Part shown: positions 59,261 through 64,000 of the stretch, one piece after another | Numbering within the stretch: the first letter of the stretch is position 1 | Layout of the letters: the number at the start of each line of letters is the position of its first letter | Assembly (NCBI GenBank): GCA_964252035.1 | Contig: OZ176206.1 | Strand: one strand, 5' to 3' | Source of the DNA: Podarcis erhardii | Taxonomy: Eukaryota | DNA: 64,000 bases | The notes under the pieces: generated by a model | The model's input: the letters and a program-made list of their open reading frames with translations, nothing else | Told to the model about the DNA's origin: nothing | Databases searched by the model: none | Translations under genes and position numbers: made by a program

Positions 59261-61490
59261 AGCAGTACACATTGGAAGGGGGAGAAATTTGCTTGGCATT
59301 TTCACTTGAATCTACTTAATTCACACTTCTGAAATAATACACAAACTGAAACGTAGTCATCCTTCTAAAATTGCACTTCTCCAAATCTTGTGATGCAGCT
59401 GTCCGGCCAAGTAGTGTCCACAGAAATCTATATTCTAGAGTAAAATGTGCATAAAATGTATAAACAAGTGAAAAACAAATACAAATGGGAAAATTGCTTG
59501 CAAAAATGTGTTTCTAGGGGAAATTGTATACACAAATCAGGATAATGTGCACTAAAATACTGGTGACTTTTAATGAGGGCTTAAACAAAATTCACAAACT
59601 GATGCCGAAGTACGGAGAGTTGAATTTAAGATTAGGAAAAAAGGAGAAATTAAGAAAAACAAAAAATTGACAGATCTGTCCACCTCTATCTGGATCTACA
59701 CCTCAAGTATCTCTTTCTCTGTAAGTGTGTATGTGTATATGTGTACACATCAGATTTAAATGTGATGGTTCCCTTCAAAATCCTGGGAACTGTAGTTTTG
59801 GTGATAGCACAGAAAATTCCCAGGTTGAGATACCTAGCCTCTCTCCTCCCAGAAGTTAAAAATTCAGTGTTCTCTCAGGAGAGGAAATGACAAATCAGTG
59901 TCAAGTCTGTGCTGTAGCTATGCCATAATTGTGTGTGTGTGTTAGAGAAGGAGTATTCTGTAGTTCCATCCTCCCTTTTTAAAAAAGACATTTTAATATT
60001 ACGCTCGTGAGCATGAAGTATCTATCTATTCTATTATGGGGCCACTGGGTCATCTTTTCTTTCATTATTCCACCTAATAAGATCTGGACAAGCCATGAAG
60101 GAGCTCTCTCAGCCCTTTATAGAGTCAGCAGCCTCTGAGATATCTAATAAGAGACTTTTCTTCCAAGTGTTGCTCAGGAACTGGTTTTAATAAATCGGTG
60201 GCAACAAAGAAAGAAGCAGACATGAATGCAATCTCAGCAACAATTGTCTTCTTCCACCTTTGGCTATTTACGTTTTTTCTGCCCCCCTTTCTATGCCTGT
60301 CTCTTGCTTGGAAAGGGACCTATATTTTAAGGGGGGAATTTGTACAGCCTTCTCTTTTTCCTGTTGCCCACAGAGGGGTCCCATCTCTTTCTTCTATCCA
60401 TACGCTTCAGACCACAAAGGTAGCACACACTTCAAGCTCATCCTTCCTTTCCATATACAATTAATGTGGTACAATGCTAAGGAACCATCATGTTTGGGAT
60501 TTGCTGTGCAGACAGACACCCTAGAAGTCAGTGCATGGTCCATAGAAGGTAAGCCCATATAGAAGAAGATGCTCATGCACTGCACTATACCAACAAGTTT
60601 TGAAACAGGGGATGGGGAGCCTGTGGCTCTCCAGATGTTGTTGGACTTTAGCTCCCATTACCATTCCATTACCCACTAGGGTTAATGGGAATTGGAATTC
60701 AACAGCGCCTGGAGGGCCACAGACTCCCATCCTACAAGCTGACATTGTTTGTGGTATGTGTGTTAGAGAGAGAGAGATGGAATATTTATTCAGCAGTGTT
60801 GACTGTAGGGAACTTCTGACCCTGTGATTCTGAGACAGGGGTGGGCAACCTGTGGCCATCCCTGACCAGAGGTCATGCTAGCTCGCTGGGTCTTGCAGGA
60901 GGTGCAGTCTCCATAATCTCTGGAAGGCCATGGATTTCCCAACCCTGGTGTCAGTTGAGAAGAGCCAGGTCCTCTCTAGAAGAATTCAGGGCATTTCTTA
61001 TGATTGAATGATTGCTGAAGCAGAAGTTCTCATTGCTGTGAAGCATATGAAAGTTGCAATTTGTTTAAAAAAGATTTCTTCAGAAAGTGTTTGGTAGAAA
61101 TTCTTGTGGCTTCAGGAAGCTGCAGCCGCTCATCCTGATTGAAATACACATTTGGGGAAATTATTGGATAAAACACAATGTTTTGGGAAGTTAAATGGCA
61201 GAATTCAGCCATTAAGCACCAGGACATTTGGGTATGGAAACATAAAGTATTCCTTCATGTAAAGTGCCTTCTTTGGCTGGATTTGGTATAGTTCTAAATT
61301 CCTGTTGTGTATTTGTATGCCCACAGAATGTTCTATGGATGGCATCTCCCGCCCCACAGCAAACTTTTCTTTGGATGCTAATGGTTGGGAGGGAGTTCAT
61401 TTTCTTTAATCTCCAACCCCCTCCCCCCCACTAGGGGTTGGAGCAGTGTGTTTACATTTGCAACCTATACTTGTAGCACCAAGTTCAGAT

Positions 61491-61492
<2 letters not shown>

Positions 61493-61538
<46 letters not shown>
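61493..61538. repeat. (AT)23 microsatellite
   Basis: Read directly. Confidence 0.95.
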
Positions 61539-61540
<2 letters not shown>

Positions 61541-62249
61541 CTTTTATTTTGCTTTAAACAAATACATATAAATATAGACAACCAAAATTACAAAAGAAAA
61601 TTCCTTAATAATAATAATAATAATGAAAAAGACTACAAAAAATATCAAAGTACATGCACAGAACATATTATTTCTCATACTGAACCTCTTCCTGATTTAG
61701 AGTGAGAAGCATGAATTAGCTAGTTTTATTACTGAGTTTCAGTCACTGAAATTTGGCTTCCAGATTTGGTGCAAAAAGTTTAAATTGTGTCAAATGAATC
61801 TCCTTCCTACCCCCAGATGCTTGCAGGATCAAGCATAATAATCCTGTACTAAATTTCAACCAGAATCCCAAGTTCTGTAACTGGAAATCCATTATGCATT
61901 TATGCCCATCTGTGTTATGTGTTTAAATATGCTTCTGTTGCTTTTTATGTTTTATCCTGTTTACCATCCTTTTGGTTGATTCTAGACTTTGTTTGAAATT
62001 TTCCAGTACAGAATCCTGGTGCTAGAAATAGGTTTCAATAGGCTGTTAATTATAGCTAATGGATACAGCCTAGCTTCATTCATTTCAATGAGATATTGAC
62101 AGTGGATTGCTAAGTAAATAACAGTGCAGGCCTATACTCAAAAGTTAATCCTATGGGGCTTATATTGAAGTATGTGGGTGTAGGATTTTAGCCTAAGTCC
62201 CAAAGTCAGTCGTCCTTTTCGTTGCTTGGAAAGCAGAAAACTCAGTCCA

Positions 62250-62421
62250 CATGTTAGGTATCAAAATATCTGATGCTGGCTCTTTTGGGATCTCTTGTGA
62301 AACTCAAGTAACATGCCAACACTTATCTGTATCAAGTTGCTACTGAAACTGTTGGCATGTTACTTGAGTTTCACAAGAGATCCCAAAAGAGCCAGCATCA
62401 GATATTTTGATACCTAACATG
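62250..62421. repeat. Perfect 72-bp inverted repeat with a 28-nt spacer
   Basis: Arms 62250-62321 and 62350-62421 were checked base by base as exact reverse complements. Confidence 0.97.
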
Positions 62422-64000
62422 AATAATCCCATGACAAGCCCCACTCTCTTTCTTTAATTCACATGGGCCATAAGCTACTTAAATGTTCCCCTGTACTGTA
62501 CAACCATCATTGGTTTAAATGGGACCTGTGCATTCATCCACAACTGTTCCCTTACTCAGCTCCTGTTTGTCTATATGTGGCTCAATTGAGAGAATATCAC
62601 AGCAGACTCTGCCACAAATCAGATTTCTCTCCCCTCTACCCCCGAGCAGCATCCAAAATCTGCCACCTAAAGCAGCAGCCTCTACTTGCTTCAGGGCACT
62701 GCCCATCTGTGGGTTCCAAATAATTATTTTATTGCTTTGAATATTATGGGCACTGGAATATTTAGGCTTTCAGTTCTTCACAGAGAATAACAGTAAAAGT
62801 AGCTTATGGCACTGCCTTCTACCATGAGGCCACTGAGTCTTCTAGCCAATGAGTCATAACTCAGTGGCAAACCACATGCTTTACAAGCAGAGGGTAGTTC
62901 TGTTACCTGAAAGGCTTTGAACTAAAGATGCTTAGATTGACCTTGGGACCTTCTGCATTCACAGTATATGCTCTGAACTCCCTCTCCCCCCCAACCTTTT
63001 TTTAAAGTTACAAGCTTCATGCAAAGGTTGGGGGTTGGAGGGGGAGAGAAAGCAGGATTAGAATTTAGATCTCTGCACTTCCTATCAGCACAGCCACAAA
63101 ACAGGCTAAAACTAGGTGTTACCATTTATAATCATCATAATCATCATCTGCCGTATTATGAAGGCTCAAGGGGCAGTATAAAGAAGAATTCCTGGATGCC
63201 AAGATCCAAGTTTGGGGCAAGTACTTTTTGATGAAAGTACCCCAGCAGTGATTTAAAATCACAAAATATGCAACAAAGTAAAGTATGGAAGTATAGGTTG
63301 TTAGACCTTTAAAATATGCCTTTCTGAGTTCCAAAATTTCCCTCTTCTCCCAGCATAGGAAAAGACCACACATTTGGTAAGTTTAAAATTGGTTTACTTA
63401 CACTCTTCAAAGGTCAGGTTCATGTGCTTTTTCCATACATCAGTCAGAAAAATTGCACAGGCAGTAAGACTTAGTTTAGTTCCAAGATGGTGGAAGTTCA
63501 TAAATTATTGGTATAGGAACCCAAGAATGGCTTGTGAGAGCCATGCAGCTAATCTGGAACAACCATCTTGGCCTCTTCACATGCTGAGTTCATCCAGTAG
63601 ACTGAAGAGGAACAAAGTCTTGATAGTCCCTCCCAAGATGAGTTAAGCCTGGCAGGACAGCTTACTCTGTGGTCTTAACCCCTTCATGCATTAATTAGAC
63701 TTTAAAATGTTAGTTATATGAGGCTGCTTATCCCACATTTGACTAATCCCTAGAGTAGGGATGAGCAGAAATATACCTAGGCTCCCTTGCGCCCTTGACA
63801 GGGAGCTATACCAGTGCACATGTACCTGGTCCCTTGCACAATTGGCAAGGAAATGTATCAGCGCCTCCGAATCTGGGTGAGACCATGGAACAGAAACTTT
63901 AAAAGTTTGCTATTCGTCATCTTTCACACTCCACCAGTGACTTCCTTTGCAACCATTGGGGTTCGGACTGTTCTGTTCCACCTTCTCTCCCCCTCCTTAC

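Noticed and set aside
55012-64000. Exon 2 of the putative NRN1L (Cys-rich neuritin domain)
   Set aside because: I scanned by eye for a CD.IY.GF..CL-type exon and found none. It probably lies beyond the window, so the gene name stays tentative.
1-64000. Prokaryotic systems (CRISPR arrays, operons, defence islands), rRNA genes
   Set aside because: The DNA is intron-containing vertebrate sequence. No regularly spaced repeat-spacer arrays or rRNA-like sequence were seen.

Overview
Vertebrate (eukaryotic) genomic DNA, most likely from a lacertid lizard. This is inferred from the Sauria-SINE, squamate BovB, Squam3-like SINE, CR1, L2 and Penelope repeats. Three genes lie on the + strand in the order I recall for human 16q22.1. 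(1) NUTF2/NTF2 has 4 coding exons and encodes 127 aa; its 5' non-coding exon lies upstream of the window. (2) EDC4/Ge-1 is complete: 29 coding exons mapped by hand, 4203 nt CDS, 1400 aa. (3) A CpG-island first exon encodes a signal-peptide-like start, probably NRN1L; its exon 2 was not found in the window. Nearly all ORFs in the six-frame track are spurious or run through introns. Main finding: a second, intact, diverged copy of the last NUTF2 coding exon (9934-10044) lies upstream of the canonical one. It predicts an alternative C-terminal NTF2 isoform with changes at Ran-binding and dimer-interface positions. Other findings: two U12-type introns in EDC4, a Penelope-associated minimal hammerhead ribozyme antisense in EDC4 intron 12, a perfect 72-bp inverted repeat in the third gene's intron, several hairpins, and young TE insertions with target-site duplications (TSDs). 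Exon boundaries were read by eye and checked for reading frame. TE boundaries without TSDs are approximate. Family names and comparisons with human proteins come from memory, not from searches.
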